The translations under genes were made by a program, and so were the position numbers. The notes below the pieces were generated by a model. It was not told the DNA's origin. It saw nothing but the letters and a program-made list of their open reading frames with translations, and ran no database searches. DNA of 64,000 nucleotides. Origin: Macrostomum lignano. Taxonomy: Eukaryota. The DNA lies in NCBI GenBank assembly GCA_002269645.1, contig NIVC01002067.1, positions 124,001 to 188,000 on the forward strand, in the 5' to 3' direction. Shown piece after piece: positions 13,401-25,549 of this stretch (positions are counted from its first letter, which is position 1; each line of letters starts with the position of its first letter).

Positions 13401-13836
13401 ATAGAGACACTATAGACAGGTGATAGAGACACTGGATAGACAGGTGATAGAGACACTGGATAGACAGGTGATGTGCAAGCGGCACCAAAGAGCCGCAGGG
13501 GCGCAACTCACGGTGAAACCGAGCCTCTCCCAGTCGCTCGTCAGTCGAGCTACTCGATTTCCACAGCAGCAGCTCCGGCCTTGACGCAATCAGCTTCCGA
13601 CTACCCTCAGCGCCATCCTCATCACCCTCTGTCGCGTCCATTTTCAAATCGGCGCTCTCACCAGTCGGTGAAATCCGACTTTGAGTCGATTGAGAACTGT
13701 GAGCAGATCGCAGCGCTAGAAAGGATAAGCTGGTTGCTAGGCAGGCGACAAGCAGCAGTATTGAGGCCAGCGCTGCCGCTGTCAACCGGCGATGCCATTC
13801 AGGACAGCACCGGCTGGAGCCCATGTTGACTGGCAT
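6388..13836 (-). CDS. Spliced gene for a putative type II membrane protein, partly reconstructed: exons 13512-13836, 10613-10712, unresolved 9.0-10.1 kb, 8813-8923, 7135-7372, 6388-6537
   Basis: N-terminal signal anchor ([27 protein letters not shown]), GTGAGT donor at 13511, and phase-compatible joins 13512>10712 (ARFH-Q-SSILSS...LCRNV), 8813>7372 ([13 protein letters not shown]) and 7135>6537 (SSVH-VPFGNC...RRKS-stop). Middle exons contain stops or are unresolved. Confidence 0.5.
6590..6910. repeat. 21-bp minisatellite, about 14 copies
   Basis: Unit aagagacacaatctttgatag. Confidence 0.93.
7505..8390. repeat. 34-bp TGACGTCA-containing minisatellite split by a 570-bp CT-rich low-complexity block (about 7700-8265)
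   Basis: Unit gatgacgtcattcttaagatgacgaaaatttcta at 7505-7690 resumes at 8290-8390. Confidence 0.8.
9150..9460. repeat. GA-rich low-complexity tandem array
   Basis: Repeats of gagggaaggagagtaaagagatggagagg(gagagg)n. Confidence 0.85.
10110..10575. repeat. CT-rich low-complexity array
   Basis: ctctacttctttctctctc units, same motif as 7700-8265. Confidence 0.85.
10875..11442. repeat. 14-16 bp minisatellite (gagtggcagagggga)
   Basis: About 37 copies; explains four overlapping repeat ORFs. Confidence 0.95.
11995..12545. repeat. 23-24 bp G-rich minisatellite
   Basis: Unit aggtagaggacagggggattgggt. Confidence 0.93.
12560..13472. repeat. Near-perfect 24-bp minisatellite, about 37 copies
   Basis: Unit gatagacaggtgatagagacactg. 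Confidence 0.97.
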
Positions 13837-14011
13837 TGACGGTTCCAGCTGCTGTACGGTGGAGACTCAGTGACACAAGTAGTTCCTTATTATATCTTTG
13901 TAGATGGCTATGTATTGAACACTACGGGCTGCCAGCTCTCATTGGTGGCTGCTGCACTTAGCCAAAAAGACTGTAGCGGTCTGATTGGGGGAGAGATGAA
14001 ACTCATGTAGG

Positions 14012-14150
14012 CAGTCAGTCAGTCAGTCAGTCAGTCAGTCAGTCAGTCAGTCAGTCAGTCAGTCAGTCAGCCACTCACTCACTCATGTCAGTCAGTCAGT
14101 CAGTCAGTCAGCCACTCACTCACTCATGTCAGTCAGTCAGTCAGTCAGTC
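14012..14150. repeat. (CAGT)n microsatellite
   Basis: CAGT run with two cactcactcactcatg interruptions. Confidence 0.92.
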
Positions 14151-14589
14151 GGAAATTCGGAAATTCGGAAATGTGCAATCATCTGCCCCACTATTTTTCC
14201 CCGTGGGAATGAGGCGAAGACGATAGTGACCCCGATATGTTATCTAACATTCATTAATGATTTAAGCAACGAAGCAGAACTCCTGAGTAACTTGCAGGCA
14301 CCTGTCTGTAAGCACCTGAGAGCACGGAGGCTGCTGCAACTGACTTGAGGAGATATACATATGTAAAATGGCAAAAAACCGAAAACGTTTAGAACTTGAA
14401 AGCTTCTAACATTTCTACCGTTTCACGCAAGGCTGATCATCCCATGAGAACTCCTATGGGCGCAGACTTTTGACATGAAACGTTTTACATGTACTTCGTT
14501 ACTTTGTTATTTGTTACTTTGACTCTGACTTTGTCATAGAAAAAAACTGTAATATTTATTGAACATTGAGCATAATGACCTAATAGAAT

Positions 14590-15070
14590 GAGTGTGGGTG
14601 AACAATGACCCTAATAGCCTATAAACGTGGGTGAACAATGACCCTAATAGCTTATAGACATGGGTGAACAATGACCCTAATAGCTTATAGACATGGGTGA
14701 ACAATGACCCTAATAGCTTATAGACATGGGTGAACAATGACCCTAATAACTTATAGACATGGGTGAACAATGACCCTAATAACTTATAGACATGGGTGAA
14801 CAATGACCCTAATAGCTTATAAACTTGGGTGAACAATGACCCTAATAGCCAATAAACGTGGGGGAACAATGACCCTAATAGCCAATAAACGTGGGCGAAC
14901 AATGGCCCTAATAGCTTATAGACGTGGGTGAACACTGGCCCTAATAGCTTATAGACGTGGGTGAACAATGGCCCTAATAGCTTATAGACGTGGGTGAACA
15001 CTGGCCCTAATAGCTTATAGACGTGGGTGAACAATGACCCTAATAACTTATAGACGTGGGTGAACAATGG
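14590..15070. repeat. 33-bp minisatellite, about 14 copies
   Basis: Unit gtgggtgaacaatgaccctaatagcttatagac. Confidence 0.93.
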
Positions 15071-15389
15071 CCAGATGAAAACGCATCAAATAATATAGCT
15101 CATCTAGGGAAAACAAGCGAGCCCATATAAATCACAGGGTAAGTTCTCCTGTTCAGCTCAACAGCAAAAAACTGCGCATGAAAAGAGGAGGAGTGTCAAG
15201 TTACAAATCAGAAGGCATGTGAGGATCTTGGCTACAGCTCTGAATCTCTTCAGCCTACGCAGGTTAGAGGGCAGGCATTATGGGATTTCTGTGTCAGGTC
15301 ACACAAAGGCGCCTTTCTGGAGAAGAGAAATCAAATTAATGCTCTCTTTTGCTGTATCGACAGAAAATACCGCTTGACATTAAGAATGA

Positions 15390-16020
15390 GAGACGGATGA
15401 GACTGAGAAGAGGAGATGGAGGGAGTGAGACAGAGAGAGGAGATGAGGGGAGTGAGACTGAGAGGGGAGTTAAAGGGAGTGGGACTACGATAGGATATCG
15501 GAGGGAGTGAGACTCAGAGAGTAGATGAAGGGAGTGAGGCTCAGAGAGGAAATGAAGGGAGTGAGACTCAGAGAGTCGATGAAGGGAGTGAGACTCAGAG
15601 AGTAGATGAAGGGAGTGAGGCTCAGAGAGGAAATGAAGGGAGTGAGACTCAGAGAGGAAATGAAGGGAGTGAGACTCAGAGAGTCGATGAAGGGAGTGAG
15701 ACTCAGAGAGGAAATGAAGGGAGTGAGACTCAGAGAGGAGATGAAGGGAGTGAGACTCAGAGGGAGTTGAAGGGAGTGAGACTCAGAGAGGAAATGAAGG
15801 GAGTGAGGCTCAGAGAGGAAATGAAGGGAGTGAGGCTCAGAGAGGAAATGAAGGGAGTGAGGCTCAGAGAGGAAATGAGGGAGTGAGACTGAGAGGGGAG
15901 TTGAAGGGAGTGGGACTACGATAGGAGATCGGAGGAAGTGAGACTCAGAGAGTAGATAAAGGGAGTGAGAGTGAGAGACGAGATGAAGGAAATGAGACTG
16001 AAATAGATGGAGTGGGACTG
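15390..16020. repeat. 27-bp purine-rich minisatellite
   Basis: Unit gagtgagactcagagaggaaatgaagg. Confidence 0.9.
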
Positions 16021-16444
16021 AGAAGGCAGAGCAAGATGAAGCGGCACACATGTGAGGAATGATATAAGGGAGCAATTATTTGCAGAGAAAAAGTCCCTGA
16101 GAAAAAATCCTCACCTATTAATAGGCGAGTCTGCGCCCAAAAATTGGCACCTTCTGCTAATTTGCTTAATTAGATGTACTGACCTGTAGAAGTCGGGATT
16201 TTTTCAGCGCCGCCTACTATAAGTAGAGTGGCTGACTAACAAGACCACAAAAATCCAAGAATACTGTAAAAAAATTCTGAGTAAGCCTGCTCTGTCATTA
16301 TTCGTCTCTTTGACAATATTAGACAGGGTAAAAATGATTACAGAAAACCCCAATTTTAGAAATATCAGAAACAGTTCAATAACAAAGAAGCTAAGGTTCC
16401 AAGCAATCTGAATTTAAAAACTGGGTTCAATCAACACAATCTTA

Positions 16445-18330
16445 TTTTCGCTGAATCAGCATTCTGTTTCTAAAAAAGTCCGGCTCTGAAACCATACAAG
16501 CTCTACGATTCGGAATTCTGTTTCTAAGAAAGCCGGGTTCTGCAACCCTACAGGCTATAAGATTCATCATTCTGTTTCTAAGAAAACCGGGTTCTGCAAC
16601 CCTACAAGCTATACGATTCATCATTCTGTTTCTAAGAAAACCGGGTTCTGCAACCCTACAAGCTATACCATTCATCATTCTGTTTCTAAGAAAACCGGGT
16701 TCTGCAACCCTGCAAGCTATAAGATTCATCATTCTGTTTCTAAGAAAACCAGGTTCTGCAACCCTACAAGCTATAAGATTCATCATTCTGTTTCTAAGAA
16801 AACCGGGTTCTGCAACCCTGCAAGCTATAAGATTCATCATTCTGTTTCTAAGAAAACCAGGTTCTGCAACCCTACAAGCTATACGATTCATCATTCTGTT
16901 TCTAAGAAAACCGGGTTTTGCAACCCTACAAGCTATACGATTCATCATTCTGTTTCTAAGAAAACCGGGTTCTGCAACCCTACAAGCTATACGATTCATC
17001 ATTCTGTTTCTAAGAAAACCGGGTTCTGCAACCCTACAAGCTATACGATTCATCATTCTGTTTCTAAGAAAACCGGGTTCTGCAACCCTACAAGCTATAC
17101 CATTCATCATTCTGTTTCTAAGAAAACCGGGTTCTGCAACCCTGCAAGCTATAAGATTCATCATTCTGTTTCTAAGAAAACCAGGTTCTGCAACCCTACA
17201 AGCTATAAGATTCATCATTCTGTTTCTAAGAAAACCAGGTTCTGCAACCCTACAAGCTATACGATTCATCATTCTGTTTCTAAGAAAACCGGGTTTTGCA
17301 ACCCTACAAGCTATACGATTCATCATTCTGTTTCTAAGAAAACCGGGTTCTGCAACCCTACAAGCTATACGATTCATCATTCTGTTTCTAAGAAAGCCGG
17401 GTTTTGCAACCCTACAAGCTATACGATTCATCATTCTGTTTCTAAGAAAACCGGGTTCTGTAACCCTACAAGCTATAAGATTCATCATTCTGTTTCTAAG
17501 AAATCCGGATTCTGCAACCCTACAAGCTATACGATTCATAATTCTGTTTCTAAGAAATCCGGATTCTGCAACCCTACAAGATATACGATTCATCATTCTG
17601 TTTCTAAGAAAGCCGGGTTTTGCAACCCTACAAGCTATACCATTCATCATTCTGTTTCTAAGAAAACCGGGTTCTGTAACCCTACAAGCTATACGATTCA
17701 TCATTCTGTTTCTAAGAAAGCCGGGTTTTGCAACCCTACAAGCTATACGATTAATCATTCTGTTTCTAAGAAAACCGGGTTCTGTAACCCTACAAGCTAT
17801 AAGATTCATCATTCTGTTTCTAAAAAAGTCCAACTCTGAAACCATACAAGCTATAAGATCCATCATTCTGTTTCTAAGAAAACCGGGTTCTGCAACCCTA
17901 CAAGCTATAAGATCCATCATTCTGTTTCTAAGAAAACCGGGTTCTGTAACCCTACAAGCTATAAGATTCATCATTCTGTTTCTAAGAAAACCGGGTTCTG
18001 CAACCCTGAAAGCTATAAGATTCATCATTCTGTTTCTAAGAAAACCGGGTTCTGCAACCCTACAAGCTATAAGATTCATCATTCTGTTTCTAAGAAAACC
18101 AGGTTCTGCAACCCTACAAGCTATACGATTCATCATTCTGTTTCTAAAAAAGTCCAACTCTGAAACCATACAAGCTATAAGATCCATCATTCTGTTTTTA
18201 AGAAAACCGGGTTCTGCAACCCTACAAGCTATAAGATTCATCATTCTGTTTCGAAGAAAACCGGGTTCTGCAACCCTACAAGCTATAAGATTCATCATTC
18301 TGTTTCGAAGAAAACCGAGTTCTGCAACTA
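16445..18330. repeat. 54-bp minisatellite, about 35 copies
   Basis: Unit attcatcattctgtttctaagaaaaccgggttctgcaaccctacaagctataag. Confidence 0.96.
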
Positions 18331-20324
18331 CAACCCTTCTTCTGCAGGACTCCACAAGTTCTTCAAGAACAAGATACGCAATAATAGCTGAACAGCTAGT
18401 GAGATTTACGGTTTCAAGATCAGGATTTTTTATGATTCCATTTCAGTTCCATTTCAAATCATGTTTCAGTGACGCCAAAAGACAAATGAAAAACAATAAA
18501 GTCAGCGAATAGTGCAATTTTCAAGTTAGCCTTAAAATCTGTTTATTTAATATACATGTACATAATAAAAGCATCGGGAAGAGTGCTTCGACAACAACAA
18601 TGGCACACCAGTTGAGCTCAGAAGTAACACGTCTGGCACCAGCGGAGCCGTCGGTACAAATTATGAGAATAAAGCTGCGCCCCAACAATGAATGGCGCAA
18701 CGAAACAGACAACGACGATTCCGTGAGTGCCAAGAGAGTTGACTTCATCATCAAATACGCATTGCGGGGATGCTGTTTAAAAGAATCTAGATCGGACACA
18801 AATAGGCCGGCTTAACTGCAACTCACCTTCTGGAATGCTGAGTAGTGAGTTACTCATTGCTTACAATTCGAGTTCAGAGGCTGATAAAAGAAAAAATATT
18901 AATTGGCGCCGACTAGGAAGGAGACAGCTGGGCCTCCTACAGGCAGCAGCGAGGGGATAAAGAGGATCGAAATTTTTGGCAAAGATGTGACGCACGCAAA
19001 TGTGGTGCCCCCCACGAGCGGCTTATATTCCCTTCTATCCCTACTCCTCCTCTTCCTCCGTCTCTGCATCCTAGAATCCTCTCTCCCCCCCTTGAACCCC
19101 CCATGGTGCTGGGGTTCCTGAAACACCCGTCTTCAACACACACAGACACGCGCACACACAGCACTCCCCTTTCTCCCTGCCTCTTCAAAGACGACGAATA
19201 GCTTTGCCGGGGAAAGAAAGTAGTAGAAAAGCCGGTTTGGAGGGAGGGTTCAGCTGCGTATTTGTGGACTAGGGGCCGCGCAGTCTCTGCACTGCGCGTG
19301 TGAGCGGGATGAGGCGATAGCCGTGAATGGGAGGGGTGAGAGAGCCTTGGGAAAGAGATTTCATGGGAACTGGAACTGGACAGGCGGAGGGAGGCGAGGA
19401 GAGAGGAGAAAGAAAGCTGAAGAAATCATCCCAGCCTAGAAATCAAGCCCCCAACCTCCCAGCCTTGACCGGAGGAAGAAGAAATGCATTAGACAGAGAG
19501 GGAAGGGGAACGGAAGAGCTATCGATCTGTGCTCCCCACAAACGTTCAACCGAAATCCTCCCCCCCCTCTTATCAAGGCAGCATCTCGCACACTGTGCTG
19601 CTGCACAAGCAGGCTTCGGCAGAGGAAAGGAGAGAGAGAGGCTATAGGCTAGCAACGCAAATTTCCAGGACCTGCACTGCATGCTTGCGTGCGAGCAGGA
19701 GAGCGCAATCCGCCATCTCCTATAGCTTAGTGGAATCCTCTTGCTTGCCTGTCTTCTACCGCTTCTATCTAACTCGACTTTCCTTCCTCTTCCCTTTTGC
19801 CTCTCCCGAAACCTCGTTTCCTTTCAGACTGCTACTGCTCCTGCCTGCCTTCCCTTGGATATTTATTTCTGCCTGCAGTCGCACGCAACGCAAGGAAGTC
19901 CGAAATGGGCCCTTTTTGCCTTGACTTTTCTTTCTTCATTCTATCCTTTTTCGCTACTTTTTTGCCTTTTAAACAGACTGAGCTTTTTCGCTTTTCATAG
20001 GTTCTTGTCTACCAAAACCGGATTTTAAAAAAATGATTTTGATGCTTATAAATCATTTCAATCAATGCGATGATGTATACGAATGCGAGTATATATATAT
20101 GGGTCTTGTCACTTACTTCAGTATTTACTTGCCATTTAAATTCAGTTTTTTTTCTTTGCATTTCAATCATTGCAGCGACAGTAACAGTCGGTCATACAAT
20201 AAAATGCAGGGACAGGTTCAGAAAGTATCTGAATCGAATTAAAAATCGCAAGGAATCCTTAATTGAAACACAGCTACACGCATGCTTCAGTCAAAACTCA
20301 ATTGACAATTAAGACTCTTTAGTG

Positions 20325-20990
20325 TGTCACTCACAAGTTCTCCTCACTACTCTGACTTTGACTCTGAGTCACAAGTTCTCCTCACTACTCTGACTTTGAC
20401 TCTGAGTCACAAGTTCTCCTCACTACTCTGACTTTGACTCTGAGTCACAAGTTCTCCTCACTACTCTGACTTTGACTCTGAGTCACAAGTTCTCCTCACT
20501 ACTCTGACTTTGACTCTGAGTCACAAGTTCTCCTCACTACTCTGACTTTGACTCTGAGTCACAAGTTCTCCTCACTACTCTGACTTTGACTCTGAGTCAC
20601 AAGTTCTCCTCACTACTCTGACTTTGACTCTGAGTCACAAGTTCTCCTCACTACTCTGACTTTGACTCTGAGTCACAAGTTCTCCTCACTACTCTGACTT
20701 TGACTCTGAGTCACAAGTTCTCCTCACTACTCTGACTTTGACTCTGAGTCACAAGTTCTCCCTACACAGATCCTTCTCTGAGTCACAATTTCTCCCTACA
20801 CAGATCCTTCTCTGAGTCACAATTTCTCCCTACACAAATCCTTCTCTGAGTCACAATTTCTCCCTACACAGATCCTTCTCTGAGTCACAAGTTCTCCCTA
20901 CAAAGATCCTTCAGTGAGTCACAATTTCTCCCTACACAAATCCTTCAGTGAGTCACAAGTTCTCCCTACAAACATCCTTCTGCAACTGAG
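20325..20990. repeat. Compound minisatellite: perfect 38-bp unit (about 11 copies) followed by a related 34-bp unit (about 6 copies)
   Basis: gagtcacaagttctcctcactactctgactttgactct, then gagtcacaatttctccctacacagatccttctct. Confidence 0.95.
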
Positions 20991-22257
20991 AAGTTCTCAT
21001 GACAGAGACTTTCGATAAAAAATTTAATTCATTTAGAGTTAATTGTTCAATTCTTTTACAAAAAACGTACATAAGTAACTGGGAATGATGGATTGATCGA
21101 ATGCTTTATAAATTTAAAGCCAGTTTTTTCCAAAACATCAGACGAAAGTGAAGAGAAACTTTAAAGCAAGGCAAAGTTGTTTTGCAAATTGCAATTTGGG
21201 CATAGATCTTGAAGCGAGGTCGACAAACTTGAACGAGCAGCAGAGAGCAGGCATCCAGCTAAGGGGGTTGGGGAGGGGGTTAGTTGCTTTGGAAAGCCAT
21301 GGGGGAGAGCGAGGCCGAGTGTGCGAAGAATCCTGAATGTGGGAGGAGGAGGATAGGGGATGGGCAGAAACGGATCAATACGAGGAGCAGGCGAGGAGGG
21401 ACACAAGGCCTGGCGGGGACTTGAGTCAATGGATGCAGATGAAGCGAGTAGCGCTGCGTGGGGATTAGTTTGGGTAGAGGGAGAGAGAAGGGGCGGGGCC
21501 TACTCCGGGACTCTCTTACAGCATCCTGCAGAACTCGAGGAAAAGTGGTGCACGCGAAGGAGAAACCAAAAGGTCGGGTATACGACTAGTGAGCAGGAGC
21601 AGCGGGGGGCGACTTCTCCGAGCTGCGCTGAGGAAAACAGAAAATTCCAATCGATAAGGAGAGAGGAGAGGAGAGGAGAGAGGCAGAGCCAAGCCGAGCA
21701 GAGCAGGGTGCTAAATTAGTTGGGGAGAGAAAGCCCCGACTAACCCTGAAGTTCCCACGGATGCTGAGCCCTGCCTGCCCGCCTCCCTTGAGACTTCGGT
21801 CTAAGGGATTGGGAATGCGCTGGGAGAAGGAGAGAGAGAGAGAGAGGAGACATGAGGCAACGATGCGAGTGAAATTGGGATCTAGAGAGGGACAGAAAGA
21901 TTGGCGTACGAATGGGGGGACCGAGCAGGAGCAAAGTATAGGGAGGGAAAGCACTAAGACGAGCTTAGACAAATTGCCAAGCAGCGGTATTAGTGGCATT
22001 GAAAGCTATAAAAAATAAAGTTAGTCGCTTTCTTTCCATACTACTGAACAGAGCAGCGTAGTAGAGTTGAAAGTAAAATACAAGCTAGATGTGGCTAAAG
22101 TGAATTGTAATATTCAGAAATAAATTTGAAACAGGTTTATTTTGTTTTAAATTAATCCTATTTTCCTTGGCAGTCTCACAGAGAAATAAAAAAAAACTAC
22201 AAAAATAAGGTGTGTTTAAATAGTAATAGAATTTTGTCAAAAAAATTGAATAGATAA

Positions 22258-22840
22258 AATCAGATTGATGACTGAGCTGATTCCCTTCACAGGGGACAGA
22301 TGGATGAGCACCCAAAACTGCTGGCAATCATGCACTGCAGTTCTGTTGCCTCTCTTGAAGGCTCAAGAATGTGCTTCTAAACCAAAACTGGAAGGATATT
22401 TACACCCCTGTCATGACCCCATTACCATTACTACCTCGCTAGACACTGCTTCCTCCGAGGTTGGATCTCGAGAGTGAACCTTGTCCTTTTTGTGAATATG
22501 ACAATGAAGATGCTTAGCACTTTGTTTGTCCCTGCCCTTTCTTTACCAGAAAGAGACTGGATATACTAGATTGGGCCAAACCTGTCTATTGATGAGGTCT
22601 GCTAGCCCAATAGCATCCCATGCCTCATCAAGTTCCTTCAGACAACAAGATCCTTCAGCCACTTTCTTCCTTACAGAAGAAGATCATGCATACTGCAGGA
22701 CAGACTGACAACTGGTCCCATGCCTCTGCATGTTTGTATGCCTTCAGGGGCCAGTCGCCGCTAGCGGAATGGGTGATCCTTACCTCCTTTGCCGTGTCTA
22801 CGGTCTACAGACCACCCTGCATCTCAGTCAAGTAAGTCAA
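22258..22840 (+). mobile_element. Decayed 3' fragment of an RNase H-type non-LTR retrotransposon
   Basis: Translates to CPFCEYDNEDA*HFVCPCP, aligns by eye with 48660-49180 (CPFCNLENEDAKHFVCYCP), and ends in the same agtcaagtaagtcaag tail. Confidence 0.8.
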
Positions 22841-22963
22841 GGGGTGTTCATCTAAAAATTACTGAGACAATGTGTGATAGGGTAGATTGCCAAGCAGATA
22901 TACTTTTAACCTACTATTAGTAGTTCAGACTTAAAATTTAGTGTAGTAGAAAATATTAGGGAA

Positions 22964-25120
22964 TGATGTAACCACGCTCTGGTCGCGGGATAGGGCATGG
23001 GAACTTTTTCGAAAGTGCCTCCTATCCCGTGCACCCTCTGCACAAAGCTGTCGAGACTCGGCCAGGTCTCCGACCGGGCCTGGAGACTCCCGCTCTGCTG
23101 CACCCCTCCTGCTGCCTTGGTCCCGTCTCTCCTGCCGCCACACCTGCCTTTCCGGAGCCCCTACCCCTTTCTCTACCTCCTCCTTTTTTTGTCTCCCTCT
23201 GCACTCTTTTCCTGCGCTGTCCCCTCTTTCCCTGTGTCTACTTACAGTACTTTGTGTGCTCACCGTCTCCCCATCCCCTCTCAAACTCCCAAACGGTGAC
23301 GCAAGTCGTGTGACCCCTTCTCCCCCTCGGTGACTCATCGATGACTCATCCCCCTCTCTTGCGCAACCTTTTCTCACGCTATTGTTCTCCTTCCCAAATT
23401 TCTCATGTGACACCCACCCCACCTCCGCTTCTATTGTTCTCGTTTTTGCTTCTTTTGTTCTCTCGACCCCCACCAATTATCACATTTTCTCCGATTTTCT
23501 CTTTCTTTTGTTCTCGTTTTCGCACCTAATTATCACCTTTTCTCCAATGTTTACTTTTCCATTGTTCTCAGTTTTCCCCAATTATCCCCGATTTCCAATT
23601 CCTTTGTTCTCGACCCCAGCCCTATTGTTCTCAATGTTTGCTTGCGCAACACTTTCGCGACCACCCGCTGCGCCAATTATCCCCCACCCCACCTCCGGAT
23701 TGCGCAATTTCCCGATTTCTCATGTTGCTATGCCGGTCTCATGCTTCTCATCATGACTCATTCTGACGTCATTCTGCCGGCAGCCAATCAGAGAGAGGGA
23801 GCCATGGTAACGACCTTGAGGAGGCGGCTGTGAGGTCTATAAAAGGAAGCGATTTCGGCATGAGAATACTCAACTGAGTTTATCTCTGTTCCTCTCCTCG
23901 TCCTTCTTTGGACTTGCTGTCAGATTGAGTTCTGACCCATTCGTCTATAAGACGAATCCCTGCCGGTCCGCGGTCTGTTACCGCCAAGTTATCCTTAGCT
24001 CCCCAAGTGAGCTCGCCTATCGGCCAGCGGTCTGATACCGCCCAGCATCATCAGCATCGCCTGATCTACATCAGCGCCTCGTCGCTCCAGCGCATCGCCG
24101 CTTCACCGTCTGCCTGACTGCAGCCTACAGCCGCCACCGGTCACTCCGCCTCTCTCTCTCTGTGCAGCTGCCGGTAAGTTCCTGTTACTAATTTGTGCTC
24201 TAATTGCCTTTGCTTATCCGGGGTTTGCCTATTTTCCATTGTCTGATTAGAGAGCTGAGCCAATTGTGATACCGTATCTTTTGCTGTATTTTACTCAATA
24301 GTGAAGCCGCCTAATTGCCTGCTTATTTGCCTAAGGGCCTAATTATTAACTATTAACTAACTTCATCATTATTCAATCTTTCACCATCATTTCACTCATG
24401 GCTTGCTAAGCCTTTCTCCCGGGGTGGCAAAGCATAAGGAAGTTTGGGTAAGCTAATGGCCTCTCCCCGTGCAAAGCCCGCCTGTGAGTGCGTGCTGCGG
24501 GGCTGCGTGTGCGTGCAGTAGAGGGATTAGCGAGTCTTGGCACAGAATGGCAGTAGGAAGGTTGCAACCCCATGCTAACGCGTCCCTTCGCCCTGAGCAA
24601 TCTAAACTGTAGACAGTACATGTTCGCCTCATACTACTCTTAGTAATCAAAGTCGCAAGTCAGCCTCGCTCACAGCCACAAAGGATCCCCTGCTGAGAAA
24701 TCCTCCAGGATTGAGCCCAGAGTTCCCGATCATGCCCCAAGCAGAGTCCCTGTACTCGGCTGCATGCGTCTCCCCTGTTAGCCTAAATCCCCTGGTAACC
24801 AATCCAGGCGGGGCTCTAGCCTCGAGAGGTCTGGTAGAAAGATCCAGGTGCGCCAGGTCACATAGAGTGGTGGCAGCCACTCGGTCATACCATGACCGAG
24901 TGACCAACTATTGCACCTTGGCTACAGGTGGGGTCCATGTGGGTCCTTGGCCCTCTGGTCACGAAGCGCTACCAAAGCTACTAATCATGTGGGCGGGACA
25001 GTCTGGTGCTGGAGGTCCGTCAGGTCATTGCCCGGTCATAGGCAGCCTACGGTCATTGCCCCCTCTAGCCATGCGTTCGTCTCTCTACGGAGCGGACAGG
25101 CGACAAGGGCGGTTACATCA
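22964..25120 (+). mobile_element. 2,157-bp solo-LTR-like element
   Basis: Termini TGATGTAACC...GGTTACATCA (10-bp inverted, TG..CA); 4-bp TSD GGAA (22960-22963, 25121-25124); internal TGACGTCA 23764, CCAAT 23784, TATAAAA 23838; no coding domains recognised. Confidence 0.75.
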
Positions 25121-25549
25121 GGAACATTATTCACGTAGAAGAAAGGATTAAGAGGGAAAAGAAGAGAGGAGAGAGAAAAGACAAAGAGATGTAATAGAAA
25201 GGATAAGAGAGCAGATAAGAAAGAAGAGAGGAGAGTAGAGAAGAGAAGTAAAATGAGAGAAAAGAGAGAAGAAAAGAAAAATAAGAGAGTAGATAGGAGA
25301 TAAGAGAGTAGAAGCGAGAGAAAAGAAAGGACAAATAAAAGAAAGGTGAGTAAGCGAGAAAAGATGAGAGAGAATTTTTGTTCACTTTTATCCTACTCGT
25401 TGAACTTTCACCTCATTCCTGTAATGCAATCAGATACGGGGTGGAAATTCCGAATCTGTAACGAAAATTTACAGAATCCGGGCGAATTTTCCGGATCAGA
25501 ATAAAAAATTCCGGAAAATAGACCGGGATCTCTATAAAAATTCCGGTAA

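Noticed and set aside
10801-13472. Long ORFs of 169-624 aa over the 15-, 24- and 24-bp arrays
   Set aside because: Open in several frames on both strands because unit length is a multiple of 3; only the unique N-terminal part (13512-13836) is treated as exon.
18600-18815. 71-aa plus-strand ORF
   Set aside because: No motif, splice partners or family recognised.
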